In this document: piece after piece, positions 44,400 through 52,853 of the stretch | How positions within the stretch are numbered: the stretch's first letter is position 1 | Layout: each line of letters starts with the position of its first letter | Assembly: GCA_964645245.1 (NCBI GenBank) | Contig: CAZYBS010000004.1 | Location: 1-56,406 of the forward strand | Direction: 5' to 3' | Length of the DNA stretch: 56,406 nt | Source of the DNA: an uncultured Candidatus Saccharibacteria bacterium | Lineage (GTDB): Bacteria; Patescibacteriota; Minisyncoccia; Phycocordibacterales; UBA9973 | Position numbers and translations under genes: made by a program | The notes under the pieces: generated by a model | What the model saw: only the letters and a program-made list of their open reading frames with translations | What the model was told of the DNA's origin: nothing | Databases searched by the model: none

Positions 44400-44618
44400 A
44401 TGAAAATAAAAAAGGGAGATAATGTAATAATTATAACCGGCAAAGACAAAGGCAAAAAAGGCAAAATTGTCCGTGTTTTGGTGCAAGAAAATAAAGTCAT
44501 TATCGAAGGGGCGAATATGAATAAAAGGCACCAGCGTCCCAGGAAGTCCGGCGAAAAAGGAACAATGAAAAATATCGCCATGCCAATACATGCTTCAAAC
44601 GTTAAAAAGGTAGAATAA
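44400..44618 (+). CDS. rplX: 50S ribosomal protein L24 (short)
   Basis: [23 protein letters not shown] motif. Confidence 0.9.
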   Translation: MKIKKGDNVIIITGKDKGKKGKIVRVLVQENKVIIEGANMNKRHQRPRKSGEKGTMKNIAMPIHASNVKKVE

Positions 44619-44632
44619 ATCAAATAAAATAT

Positions 44633-45220
44633 ATGACCAAACGTTTAACCGTAAAAGAAAAAGAAATACACGCATTTAAGAAAATGAAAATATTTTTTCA
44701 TTACAAAAATGCCTTGGCTGCGCCCAGGATGCAGAAAATTGTAATAAACACTGGCACAGGGACAGCCCTAAAGAAGGATAAAAATAAAAATAACGCTATT
44801 GGAGAACGTTTGGCCAAGATTGCCGGACAGAAAGCAGTTTTGAAAGGCGCCAAGCAATCAATCGCGTCTTTTAAAATTCGCCAGGGTGATCCGATTGGAA
44901 TTGTGGTAACACTACGGGGCAAAAGGATGTACGCTTTCCTGGAAAAATTTATAAATGTCGCTCTGCCTCGCACCAAAGACTTTCGCGGTATCGCCCGCCC
45001 GGCAGTAGACAATATCGGCAACCTGACTATCGGCGTCAAAGAGCACACTATTTTCCCGGAAACAGCCGACGAAGACATCCGAGACGTTTTCGGTCTCTCG
45101 GTCACTCTTGTCTCCACCGCTAAAAATAAAAAAGAAGGCACCGCCTTCTTTGAACTTCTAGGTATTCCTTTTAAAAAAGAAGAACTTGCCCGTCCGGCAG
45201 GCGGGGAAAAGAAGAAGTAA
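44633..45220 (+). CDS. rplE: 50S ribosomal protein L5 with short C-terminal extension
   Basis: PRMQKIVINTG, DGRGNLTIGVKEH-like core. The tail ..ELARPAGGEKKK is encoded partly by a GC palindrome. Confidence 0.93.
   Translation: MTKRLTVKEKEIHAFKKMKIFFHYKNALAAPRMQKIVINTGTGTALKKDKNKNNAIGERLAKIAGQKAVLKGAKQSIASFKIRQGDPIGIVVTLRGKRMYAFLEKFINVALPRTKDFRGIARPAVDNIGNLTIGVKEHTIFPETADEDIRDVFGLSVTLVSTAKNKKEGTAFFELLGIPFKKEELARPAGGEKKK
45185..45210 (+). repeat. CTTGCCCG(T)CC..GGCGGGGAAAA GC palindrome read in-frame at the rplE 3' end
   Basis: CTTGCCCGTCCGGCAGGCGGGGAAAA encodes LARPAGGEK. Compare 56228 (LARRFGGK) and 36795. Confidence 0.55.
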
Positions 45221-45337
45221 AAATTCTCAGCTTAATAGGTATCTGTTGACATGACGTCTAGCTACGTTAGGATACTTATCCACAGTCAGTTTACCAATCT
45301 ACCGAGCCGTTGTTGTATAATAATACAGACACTAGAC

Positions 45338-45829
45338 ATGGCTATCAATAAAAAGAAGTATCAGAACACTATTTTATATTTATGCCAAAAGCTTGGCGGA
45401 AAAATAAAAGGCAAAAAAAAGCTTGCAAAGCTTTTATATTTTGTTGACTTTGATTTTTATGAAAAATACCAAAAAGTTATAACTGGGGATATCTATAAAG
45501 CACTTCCAATGGGACCTTTCCCTGTGGAACTTGAACAAATTACAAGTGAGATGTTAAAGAAAAAATTTCTAGATATTAATTTAATCAAAGAAAGGGAGGG
45601 GTATTTGTCTACAGAAACCTACAGTTGTATGTCTGAGCCAGATGTATCTTTGTTTAATGTAAATGAAATAAAAATGCTCGATAGAGTTATTACCAAATAC
45701 GGGCATTTAAATGGGAAACAATTAGAAGAATTATCTCATTCTGAAGCGCCTTTTATTGCTACAAAACCTAAAGAAAAAATACCCTATGAATTATCATTTT
45801 ATCGTGGTACAGATTTTACAGAAATATGA
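45338..45829 (+). CDS. Panacea/DUF4065 (SocA/GepA-like) antitoxin-domain protein
   Basis: KKLAKLLYFVDFDFYEKYQKVITGDIYKALPMGPFP signature. The ATG at 45338 follows a TATAAT box. Confidence 0.7.
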   Translation: MAINKKKYQNTILYLCQKLGGKIKGKKKLAKLLYFVDFDFYEKYQKVITGDIYKALPMGPFPVELEQITSEMLKKKFLDINLIKEREGYLSTETYSCMSEPDVSLFNVNEIKMLDRVITKYGHLNGKQLEELSHSEAPFIATKPKEKIPYELSFYRGTDFTEI

Positions 45830-46194
45830 TTGAGTTTTGGTATCACGATGGAATTAAAAAAGAAATCGTTTCGCTTGAACGACGATTCCGTACTATTAGG
45901 CAAGCTTTTTCTTTATTTGAAAGATTATGTGAAGTACAATTTAATCCTATTAATCCAAAGCAAGTTATTTCACCAGCCAAAATACACAGAATAAATCAAA
46001 ACGATATATGGACTTTATGGAAAGTTGAACTTGTTGTACCAGATTCTGGCTTGAGACCTAATCAATATCCGAGGATGTGGTTTGTTGTAAAAGGCTCAAT
46101 TATTGTTTTTCTTTGCATTTCCACACATATTGATAACTATAAGGATAATGAAATCACAAACCTAGCATTATCACGAATTGCTGACCTTATTTGA
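45826..46194 (+). CDS. putative toxin partner (unclassified, possibly RelE/ParE-fold)
   Basis: 4-bp ATGA overlap with the Panacea gene; 122 aa. KVELVVPDSGLRPNQYPRMWFVV strand pattern. Confidence 0.5.
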   Translation: MIEFWYHDGIKKEIVSLERRFRTIRQAFSLFERLCEVQFNPINPKQVISPAKIHRINQNDIWTLWKVELVVPDSGLRPNQYPRMWFVVKGSIIVFLCISTHIDNYKDNEITNLALSRIADLI

Positions 46195-46325
46195 CTATTT
46201 TACGGCAATTTGCTAATATCAAAAAGTCTAGGAAATAGATTGATCTGTATTTCTCCTTAAGGCTTATCGGGAGTTTTAAGAAAAAATATACGATATCATC
46301 TATAAAAATAGGCGATATTTTAATT

Positions 46326-46511
46326 ATGGCAAAAACATCAGTTGTCGCAAGAAGCAAAAAGAAACCAAAATTCAGCACTCGGCAGAAAAACCGCTGTTTT
46401 CGCTGTGGCCGAGGCAATGCTTTTATGAGAGACTTCGGCCTTTGCCGTATTTGTTTCAGAGAATTAGCAAACGAAGGAATGCTCCCCGGAGTAAGAAAGT
46501 CAAGTTGGTAG
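46326..46511 (+). CDS. rpsN: 30S ribosomal protein S14 type Z
   Basis: [15 protein letters not shown] zinc motif; 61 aa. Confidence 0.93.
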   Translation: MAKTSVVARSKKKPKFSTRQKNRCFRCGRGNAFMRDFGLCRICFRELANEGMLPGVRKSSW

Positions 46512-46537
46512 CCTGAAGTCTTTTTGAAACTCACTAT

Positions 46538-46981
46538 ATGGATTCAATTTCAAACATGTTAATAATAATGAAGAATGGAAGTTTGGCCGGTAAAGAATCT
46601 GTATTTTTCCCATATTCTAAGATGAAGCATGCTATTGCGAAATGTTTGAAAAAGGAAGGATACATAAATGACATTTTGAAAAAAGTTTCCGCTAAAGGCG
46701 CCGCGCCTGCCAAATTCGGCGGGCAGGGATCCGCCTCGGGCGGAAAAAACAAGCAGCCCGTGCTTGAAGTTAAATTAGTTTATATAGAAAAAAAACCAAA
46801 AATTACGGAAGTTGAAAGAATTTCAAAACAATCTCGGCGCGTTTATTTTAAAATGAAAGATATTCATTCAGTCAGAAATGGGTCCGGATTACTTGTCCTT
46901 TCGACACCCAAGGGAATTTTATCAGGCAAAGAAGCTAGACGCGAGCAAGTCGGAGGTGAGGCATTATTTAGAATTTGGTAA
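46538..46981 (+). CDS. rpsH: 30S ribosomal protein S8 with an internal ~18-aa Gly/Ala insertion
   Basis: S8 core. The GC-rich insert 46691-46750 encodes AKGAAPAKFGGQGSASGGKN. Confidence 0.92.
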   Translation: MDSISNMLIIMKNGSLAGKESVFFPYSKMKHAIAKCLKKEGYINDILKKVSAKGAAPAKFGGQGSASGGKNKQPVLEVKLVYIEKKPKITEVERISKQSRRVYFKMKDIHSVRNGSGLLVLSTPKGILSGKEARREQVGGEALFRIW

Positions 46982-46986
46982 ATTTT

Positions 46987-47538
46987 ATGAGCAGAATAGG
47001 CAAACAAGAAATAGTTATACCGAATGGAGTTAAAGTCAGCCTTGCTGGCAATGTTGTTACCGTGGTTGGCCCAAAAGGCACGCTCTCCAAAACTTTCCGG
47101 GACGACATCACTATTGCCCTTGCTGACCAATCGGTAACTTTGAACATAAAGAGAAACGATAAATTTTCAAAATCTCTATGGGGCACTTATGCTTCTCATA
47201 TAAAAAATATGATTGCTGGCGTGCAGACGCCATACCAAAAGAAATTAATACTAGAAGGCGTGGGATTCAAATCTGAAGTTAAACCTGCTCGCGCAGGCGG
47301 GGGTAAAGAGTTTAATTTTGCTCTCGGTTTTTCTCATCCTGTTGTCGTACCGATTCCGGCCGGCATTACTGCTACTGTCGACAAAAACAACATTACGATT
47401 ACTGGGATTGATAAAGAATTAGTCGGAAGTTTTACCGCAGCCATTCGCGCCTTAAAGAAACCAGAGCCTTATAAAGGTAAAGGTATGCGTTATGAGGGCG
47501 AAGTTATCAGACGCAAGCAAGGTAAAAAGACTGTTTAA
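46987..47538 (+). CDS. rplF: 50S ribosomal protein L6
   Basis: MSRIGKQEIVIP start; LGFSHPV motif. Confidence 0.93.
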   Translation: MSRIGKQEIVIPNGVKVSLAGNVVTVVGPKGTLSKTFRDDITIALADQSVTLNIKRNDKFSKSLWGTYASHIKNMIAGVQTPYQKKLILEGVGFKSEVKPARAGGGKEFNFALGFSHPVVVPIPAGITATVDKNNITITGIDKELVGSFTAAIRALKKPEPYKGKGMRYEGEVIRRKQGKKTV

Positions 47539-47541
47539 TTA

Positions 47542-47586
47542 ACGGATAGCGCTTTAGGCGCTCAGAGCGCCTAAAGCGCTATCCGT
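47542..47586. repeat. 45-bp perfect palindrome (two inverted GGATAGCGC-loop-GCGCTATCC units) after rplF
   Basis: ACGGATAGCGCTTTAGGCGCTC-A-GAGCGCCTAAAGCGCTATCCGT. Confidence 0.8.
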
Positions 47587-47601
47587 AGAACATAAAGTAA
47601 T

Positions 47602-47943
47602 ATGCAAAAGAAGAATAACAAAAGAATAAGGCTGAAGAAAAGGATTAGAGTAAAAATCAAAGGCACAAAAGCGCGTCCAAGACTTACCGTTTTTCGTTCC
47701 AATAAATTTGTTTATGCGCAAGTAATTAATGATCTGACAGGAAAAACCTTAGCGCAAGCGAATGATGTTAAAATAACAAAAGGCACGAAAACCGAGAGAG
47801 CCAAAGAAGTGGGTCGCATGATAGGTCAAGTGTGTCTGAAAGAAAAAATCAGCAAAGTTGTTTTTGACCGCAATGGATTTAAATATACTGGAAGAATAAA
47901 GACAGTTGCGGATGAAGCCAGAGCAACTGGGCTTAAATTTTAA
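47602..47943 (+). CDS. rplR: 50S ribosomal protein L18
   Basis: RPRLTVFRSNKFVYAQVI motif. Confidence 0.93.
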   Translation: MQKKNNKRIRLKKRIRVKIKGTKARPRLTVFRSNKFVYAQVINDLTGKTLAQANDVKITKGTKTERAKEVGRMIGQVCLKEKISKVVFDRNGFKYTGRIKTVADEARATGLKF

Positions 47944-47948
47944 TTTAT

Positions 47949-48512
47949 ATGGAAAAAGGCAAAGAAAAAAAGAATAGCGCTCGCCGATCATCCTCTTTTG
48001 GACGATTGAAGCCGGAATTTGATCAAAAAATCGTAAATATTCGCCGCGTGACCAGAGTTGTGGCTGGAGGGCGCAGATTTTCTTTCAGCGTTGCGTTAGT
48101 AGCCGGGGATAAAAAAGGATCTATTGGTTTGGGCTTAGGCAAAGCGGGAGACACTGCTCTGGCGATAAATAAGGCGGTACGAAATGCCAAGAAAAATATG
48201 GTCAAATTAAATCTGACTAAAACCATGTCTATTCCTCACGAGCTTTCGGCTAAATTTTCAAGTTCGCGAATTATCCTTATACCCAACAAAGGTCGCGGAC
48301 TGGTGGCCGGAACAGTTGTTCGTGATATAGTAAAACTATCCGGCATGAAAGACATCACGGGGAAAGTTTTATCTAATAGCAAGAATAAATTAAATAATGC
48401 TAAAGCGGTCATGGCGGCGCTTTCTGTTATTTCTTCAAAATACACAAAACCAATTCCTGAAAATGCCATTGTCGTTAATAAAGAAATTGTCTTACCAAAT
48501 GCAGATACATAA
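47949..48512 (+). CDS. rpsE: 30S ribosomal protein S5
   Basis: IRRVTRVVAGGRRFSFSVALVAGD motif. Confidence 0.93.
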   Translation: MEKGKEKKNSARRSSSFGRLKPEFDQKIVNIRRVTRVVAGGRRFSFSVALVAGDKKGSIGLGLGKAGDTALAINKAVRNAKKNMVKLNLTKTMSIPHELSAKFSSSRIILIPNKGRGLVAGTVVRDIVKLSGMKDITGKVLSNSKNKLNNAKAVMAALSVISSKYTKPIPENAIVVNKEIVLPNADT

Positions 48513-48801
48513 TTTAAAAAGACAACATCAGAATAAAAAAGATCGGACAGTGGGCCGTGGAGGCAAGCATGCTAAAACTTCGGGCCGTGGAGGTAAAGGT
48601 CAGACAGCTCGCGCCGGCAACAAGCGCCGTCCGGAACTTCGTGATATTATAAAAAAGTTGCCCAAGAATCGCGGCTACAGATTTAAGTCCGTCCAGAGAG
48701 CGTTCGTTCTGCCGAAAGAAAAACTCGCTTCTTCTGGTGAGAAATTTTCAGCAATTCGCAAGCGTCTCGGAATTAAAGGAAGGAAGATTAAAATAAAGTA
48801 A
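48499..48801 (+). CDS. rplO: 50S ribosomal protein L15 (short, ~100 aa)
   Basis: VGRGGKHAKTSGRGGKGQTARAG motif. The ATG at 48499 overlaps the rpsE end. No rpmD between them. Confidence 0.85.
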   Translation: MQIHNLKRQHQNKKDRTVGRGGKHAKTSGRGGKGQTARAGNKRRPELRDIIKKLPKNRGYRFKSVQRAFVLPKEKLASSGEKFSAIRKRLGIKGRKIKIK

Positions 48802-48844
48802 CAGATAGAGGTTTAGCCTCTATCTAGAGTCTAAAACTCTATCT
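48802..48844. repeat. 43-bp element, copy 2 (inverted relative to 39012-39054)
   Basis: Perfect reverse complement of copy 1. Hairpin AGATAGAGG-TTTAG-CCTCTATCT. Confidence 0.85.
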
Positions 48845-48856
48845 GTAAAAAGTAAA

Positions 48857-50128
48857 ATGCAAAATTTCTGGAATAAAATAAAATTAGTTTGGACAGATGC
48901 TTCTTTGCGCAGACGGGTTTTGTTTGTATTTTTTGCTTTAATCGTGTTCAGGCTGCTTTCCGCTATTCCTATCCCGAGCATCGATACCTTACAGCTCAAT
49001 CGGTTCCTTTCCAACAATCAATTTTTCGGTATCTTAAATATATTCTCCGGAGGCGGACTAACGAACCTTTCCATCATAATGCTGGGTGTCGGTCCATACA
49101 TCACTAGTTCAATCATTATGCAACTTCTGACTATTATGGTCCCTGCCTTAAAGAAGATTTACCACGAAGAAGGTGAAGCCGGTAGGAAAAGATTTACCCA
49201 GTACTCAAGATTACTCACTGTGCCGCTCTCCGCCATTCAAGGCTTTGCCCTTTTGGCTATTCTTGAAAATCAAAATATTTTGGTTAATTTAACGGCTTTT
49301 GATAGAATTACGAATTTGCTTATTGTTATCGCCGGGTCGGTACTATTAATGTGGCTCGGAGAACTTGTATCTGAATTTGGCATTGGCAATGGCGTCTCGC
49401 TCATAATTTTTGCCGGCATTGTGGCAACTCTGCCTTCGCAAGTCAGCCAGCTTATTTTTACCTTTGACATTTCCCAAGTTCCGCTTTATCTTATGTTTGC
49501 GGTAGTGGGCGTGCTGGTCATCGCGGGGATTGTCCTCGTTACCGAAGCCGAACGCCCAATCCCGGTGACTTACGCCAAGCGCGTCCGGGGAATGAAAATG
49601 TACGGCGGTGGCTCTACCTATTTGCCTCTGCGGGTAAATCAAGCTGGAGTTATTCCCATAATCTTCGCTCTTTCTATTCTTCTTTTCCCACAAATGATTG
49701 GTACTTTTTTGTCGCGCTTTGATAATGTGATAATTGCGAAAATTTCCAGCCTACTCGTTTCATTTACGCAGACTTCAGTGCTTTATGCAATACTGTATTT
49801 CATTTTAGTATTTCTTTTTACTTATTTCTATACGGCCGTCACCTTTGACCCCGAGGCGCTTTCCACTAATTTGCAGAAAAATGGCGCTTTTATTCCGGGT
49901 ATTCGTCCGGGGGCGTCAACCTCCCTTTATATCTCGAACGTCCTAAACCGCATTACCTTGCTGGGCGCGGTCTTTCTTGGTTTTATCGCCGTTCTGCCTC
50001 TGATTATGCAGTTTGCCACAGGGATAACCGCTCTGGCCCTGGGCGGCACCTCAATCCTCATCGTCGTCTCCGTCGTCCTGGACCTCTTGAAAAAAGTAGA
50101 TTCCCAGATTTCCATGCGGGAGTATTAA
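48857..50128 (+). CDS. secY: preprotein translocase subunit SecY
   Basis: 10-TM layout; LGVGPYITSSIIMQLL motif. Confidence 0.95.
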   Translation: MQNFWNKIKLVWTDASLRRRVLFVFFALIVFRLLSAIPIPSIDTLQLNRFLSNNQFFGILNIFSGGGLTNLSIIMLGVGPYITSSIIMQLLTIMVPALKKIYHEEGEAGRKRFTQYSRLLTVPLSAIQGFALLAILENQNILVNLTAFDRITNLLIVIAGSVLLMWLGELVSEFGIGNGVSLIIFAGIVATLPSQVSQLIFTFDISQVPLYLMFAVVGVLVIAGIVLVTEAERPIPVTYAKRVRGMKMYGGGSTYLPLRVNQAGVIPIIFALSILLFPQMIGTFLSRFDNVIIAKISSLLVSFTQTSVLYAILYFILVFLFTYFYTAVTFDPEALSTNLQKNGAFIPGIRPGASTSLYISNVLNRITLLGAVFLGFIAVLPLIMQFATGITALALGGTSILIVVSVVLDLLKKVDSQISMREY

Positions 50129-50165
50129 GAAGATTATAAAACGATTAGGTAAGACCTAGTCAAAT

Positions 50166-50750
50166 ATGGATTACAAAACAATAATTAGTGTCATCTCAGT
50201 TATTTTGGTTTTTGTAGGATATGGACCTTATGTTTTTGATATTCTAAAAAAGAAAACAACACCCCACACTTTTACTTTTTTAATTTGGAGTCTTGCCAGC
50301 TCAATCACTTGGGCGCTTCAAGTCAAGGGGGGGGCAGGTGTAGGCGCATGGATAACTTTTGCCGTCTCCTTGGTTTGCATAGCAATCTTTTTTCTTTGTC
50401 TTAAATATGGAGAAAAAAGTATAACTGTTTCAGATATAATATTTTTTCTTCTAGCTTTATTTTCCCTTTTTCTTTGGCTTGTAGTCAATCAGCCAGTTTG
50501 GTCTGTAATACTTGTTGTCCTTACTGATGTTTTAGGATTTGCTCCGACTATTCGAAAATCGTGGAATAAGCCGCATTCTGAGACCTTATTTACTTGGTGG
50601 GTTGCCGCATTTAGACATGGGTTCGGTATTCTTGCTTTACAGAAATTTAATCTTCTTACGCTTCTATATCCAGTAGCTTGGGCAGCCTCTAATTTAATTT
50701 TCTGTCTAATTTTAATTATAAGACGCAAACAAGTTAAACAAGAAATTTAA
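50166..50750 (+). CDS. polytopic membrane protein (unknown) between secY and adk
   Basis: About six TM helices. No motif recognised. Confidence 0.5.
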   Translation: MDYKTIISVISVILVFVGYGPYVFDILKKKTTPHTFTFLIWSLASSITWALQVKGGAGVGAWITFAVSLVCIAIFFLCLKYGEKSITVSDIIFFLLALFSLFLWLVVNQPVWSVILVVLTDVLGFAPTIRKSWNKPHSETLFTWWVAAFRHGFGILALQKFNLLTLLYPVAWAASNLIFCLILIIRRKQVKQEI

Positions 50751-50752
50751 AT

Positions 50753-50777
50753 CAGATAGCGCCTAAAGCGCTATCTG
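50753..50777. terminator. bidirectional hairpin CAGATAGCGC-CTAAA-GCGCTATCTG between convergent genes
   Basis: 10-bp stem. Overlaps the last codons (..QIAL*) of the minus-strand gene. Same family as 39031 and 48803. Confidence 0.6.
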
Positions 50778-51365
50778 ACACTCTTTAATGGCCCTAAGGA
50801 CATCTTTCGTGACTTTCGGAATCGGCTGATTGCCGTTGATTGTTTTTAGTTTCTTCAGGCTTTTAAAATATTTTACGGTTTTGCTGACCTGATTTTTATA
50901 ATACTCAATTCTAGCTCTAATTAATTTATTCGTGTCCAGTACTTTGTAAATTTTTTTTACATTACTTTCTCGGCGCTTGAGCGAGCGTTTGTAAACTTCC
51001 TTAATCGGAAGAGTAAGGTAAAAAACAATAAAATTTTCTTTACGCGAGTCAAGAATCTTTTTCAAAAGCTGAGCCTCTGGCTTAAGTCTAGGACCGCCCA
51101 GGAAAAGTAAATTCTTGTTTGTCGGTTTGTTTTTCATCTCTTTGATTAAAAATTTCTTTAATAAAGGAACTGGTAAAGGCAAGCCTTTGCCGGTAGTACG
51201 TCTAGACCAATCCCCATTTTTACTTTTTTCTTTTAAAAGTTTGCGTGAATACACTCCGGTTTCCACAAACTTAAGGGCATACTTCCTCTTCAAAATATTT
51301 GCTTGCGTTTCTTTACCTGAAGCGGTATCTCCCAGCAGCACTATATTAAATCCTAGTTTTTTCAT
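50763..51365 (-). CDS. adenylate/nucleoside-monophosphate kinase-like paralog with degenerate P-loop
   Basis: IVLLGDTASGKETQ (compare GxxGxGK), with LID/NMP-like spacing. ATG at 51365. Confidence 0.55.
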   Translation of the reverse strand: MKKLGFNIVLLGDTASGKETQANILKRKYALKFVETGVYSRKLLKEKSKNGDWSRRTTGKGLPLPVPLLKKFLIKEMKNKPTNKNLLFLGGPRLKPEAQLLKKILDSRKENFIVFYLTLPIKEVYKRSLKRRESNVKKIYKVLDTNKLIRARIEYYKNQVSKTVKYFKSLKKLKTINGNQPIPKVTKDVLRAIKECQIAL

Positions 51366-51387
51366 GGGTTTATGATATAGTAAATTC

Positions 51388-51975
51388 ATGCAAAGTTCAA
51401 CTTTCGTATTTTTCGGCAATGTCGGTTCCGGCAAGGGGACCCAGGTCAAGCTGCTGATGGATTTTTTGAGAAAGAAAGATGGCAGGGGTTGTGTTTATGT
51501 CTACCCAGGCGATGAATACAGAGAATTGGCTAAGCGCAATAGTCTAGCCGGATCTTTGGTGAAGGGCCCCATTTCCCGTGGCGAACTCCTTCCCGGGTTT
51601 TTGACGGATGCCATAGTTGTTAATATTCTTATTTCTAACCTTTCCAAAGACAAACACCTCATCATAGACGGATATCCGCGCGCCGTAACACAATCAACAA
51701 GTTTTGAGCAAATGATGAATTTTTTTGAGCGCGATGAAGTAAAAATCATCTGCATTGGGATAGGAGAAGAAGAAGCAAAAAAACGTAATTTCCTACGTCG
51801 TAGACATGACGATACCGAGGAAGGTTTAGAACAAAGACTTAAAGAATATAAAGACAATGTTATTCCAGCCCTAAAGTATTTTGAGGATAAACCAGACTAC
51901 AAAACCTATCAGATTAACGGAGAACAATCCATTGAAGATGTGCATGAAGAAATAATTAAAAAACTTGGATACTAG
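51388..51975 (+). CDS. adk: adenylate kinase
   Basis: FFGNVGSGKGTQ P-loop, IIDGYPR motif. Confidence 0.9.
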   Translation: MQSSTFVFFGNVGSGKGTQVKLLMDFLRKKDGRGCVYVYPGDEYRELAKRNSLAGSLVKGPISRGELLPGFLTDAIVVNILISNLSKDKHLIIDGYPRAVTQSTSFEQMMNFFERDEVKIICIGIGEEEAKKRNFLRRRHDDTEEGLEQRLKEYKDNVIPALKYFEDKPDYKTYQINGEQSIEDVHEEIIKKLGY

Positions 51976-51978
51976 TTC

Positions 51979-52755
51979 ATGATAATCATAAAAACACCAG
52001 AAGAAATAGAAATACTGCGGGAAGGCGGCAGACATTTAGCGACGGTGCTTTACAAAGTAAAAGAGAAAATTCTCCCTGGGGTTGCTACAAAAGACCTGGA
52101 CCTATACGCCGAGAAATTAATCAAAGATATGGGCGACTCTCCGGCATTTTTAAATTATCGTCCAGCCGGCGCGAAAGTTCCATTTCCTGCGTCATTGTGC
52201 GTCTCAATTAATGATGAAGTGGTGCACGGTATTCCAAGCGAGGGGAGAATTTTAAAAGAAGGTGATATTGTCGCGCTTGATTTGGGTCTCAAACATAAGG
52301 GGCTTTTTACCGACATGGCGCTCACGGTGCCGGTCGGCGCCGTGAGCGCCAGAAATCAAAAGCTTATTGAAGTCACAGAACAAGCTCTGCAGATGGGTAT
52401 TGATGCGGCTAGGGCTGGTAACACAATAGGCGATATAAGCAATAGCATAGAGAATTTTGTTCGTTCACGTAAAGAAGGCAAATACGGCATTGTGGAAGTT
52501 CTCTCCGGGCATGGGGTGGGTCGGGCAATTCATGAAGACCCCTACATTCCGAATTTTGGGAAAAAGGAAACAGGCGCGAAGCTTGTTCCCGGCATGGTTA
52601 TGGCTCTGGAGCCGATGATAAATAATGGCACAAAAAATGTCACTCTGGACACCGACGGATATACTTTTCGCACGGCCGACGGAAAAAACAGCGCGCATTT
52701 TGAACATACTGTTTTGATTACCGAAGACGAGCCGGAGATTTTGACCAAGATTTAA
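51979..52755 (+). CDS. map: type I methionine aminopeptidase
   Basis: VVHGIP, DIVALDLG, GHGVGRAIHE, EHTVLIT metal-ligand motifs. Confidence 0.93.
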   Translation: MIIIKTPEEIEILREGGRHLATVLYKVKEKILPGVATKDLDLYAEKLIKDMGDSPAFLNYRPAGAKVPFPASLCVSINDEVVHGIPSEGRILKEGDIVALDLGLKHKGLFTDMALTVPVGAVSARNQKLIEVTEQALQMGIDAARAGNTIGDISNSIENFVRSRKEGKYGIVEVLSGHGVGRAIHEDPYIPNFGKKETGAKLVPGMVMALEPMINNGTKNVTLDTDGYTFRTADGKNSAHFEHTVLITEDEPEILTKI

Positions 52756-52756
52756 T

Positions 52757-52839
52757 TACCACCTTGCCTTCGGCACTCCTCCTAATTCTAGGAGGAGAGG
52801 ATTCCTCCCCTCCTTTTGGAGGAGGGGATAGGGGTGGTG
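52757..52839 (+). repeat. CCCCTCC/GGAGGGG three-way-junction repeat element after map
   Basis: Outer TACCACC/GGTGGTG. Inner CTCCTCC-TAATTCTA-GGAGGAG and CCTCCCCTCC-TTTTGG-AGGAGGGGATAGG. Confidence 0.6.
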
Positions 52840-52853
52840 TATAATGTTATATA

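Noticed and set aside
39012-48844. Composite transposon bounded by the 43-bp perfect inverted repeats
   Set aside because: The interior consists only of essential ribosomal protein genes in canonical order, with no transposase. The repeats are hairpin elements of a family also present elsewhere, so an REP/terminator-like origin is more likely.
31842-50128. Numerous antisense or out-of-frame ORFs inside fusA, tuf, r-protein genes and secY (for example 32891..33361, 37085..37369, 44211..44591, 49346..49693)
   Set aside because: They lie entirely within strongly supported conserved genes on the other strand or frame and have no independent signals.
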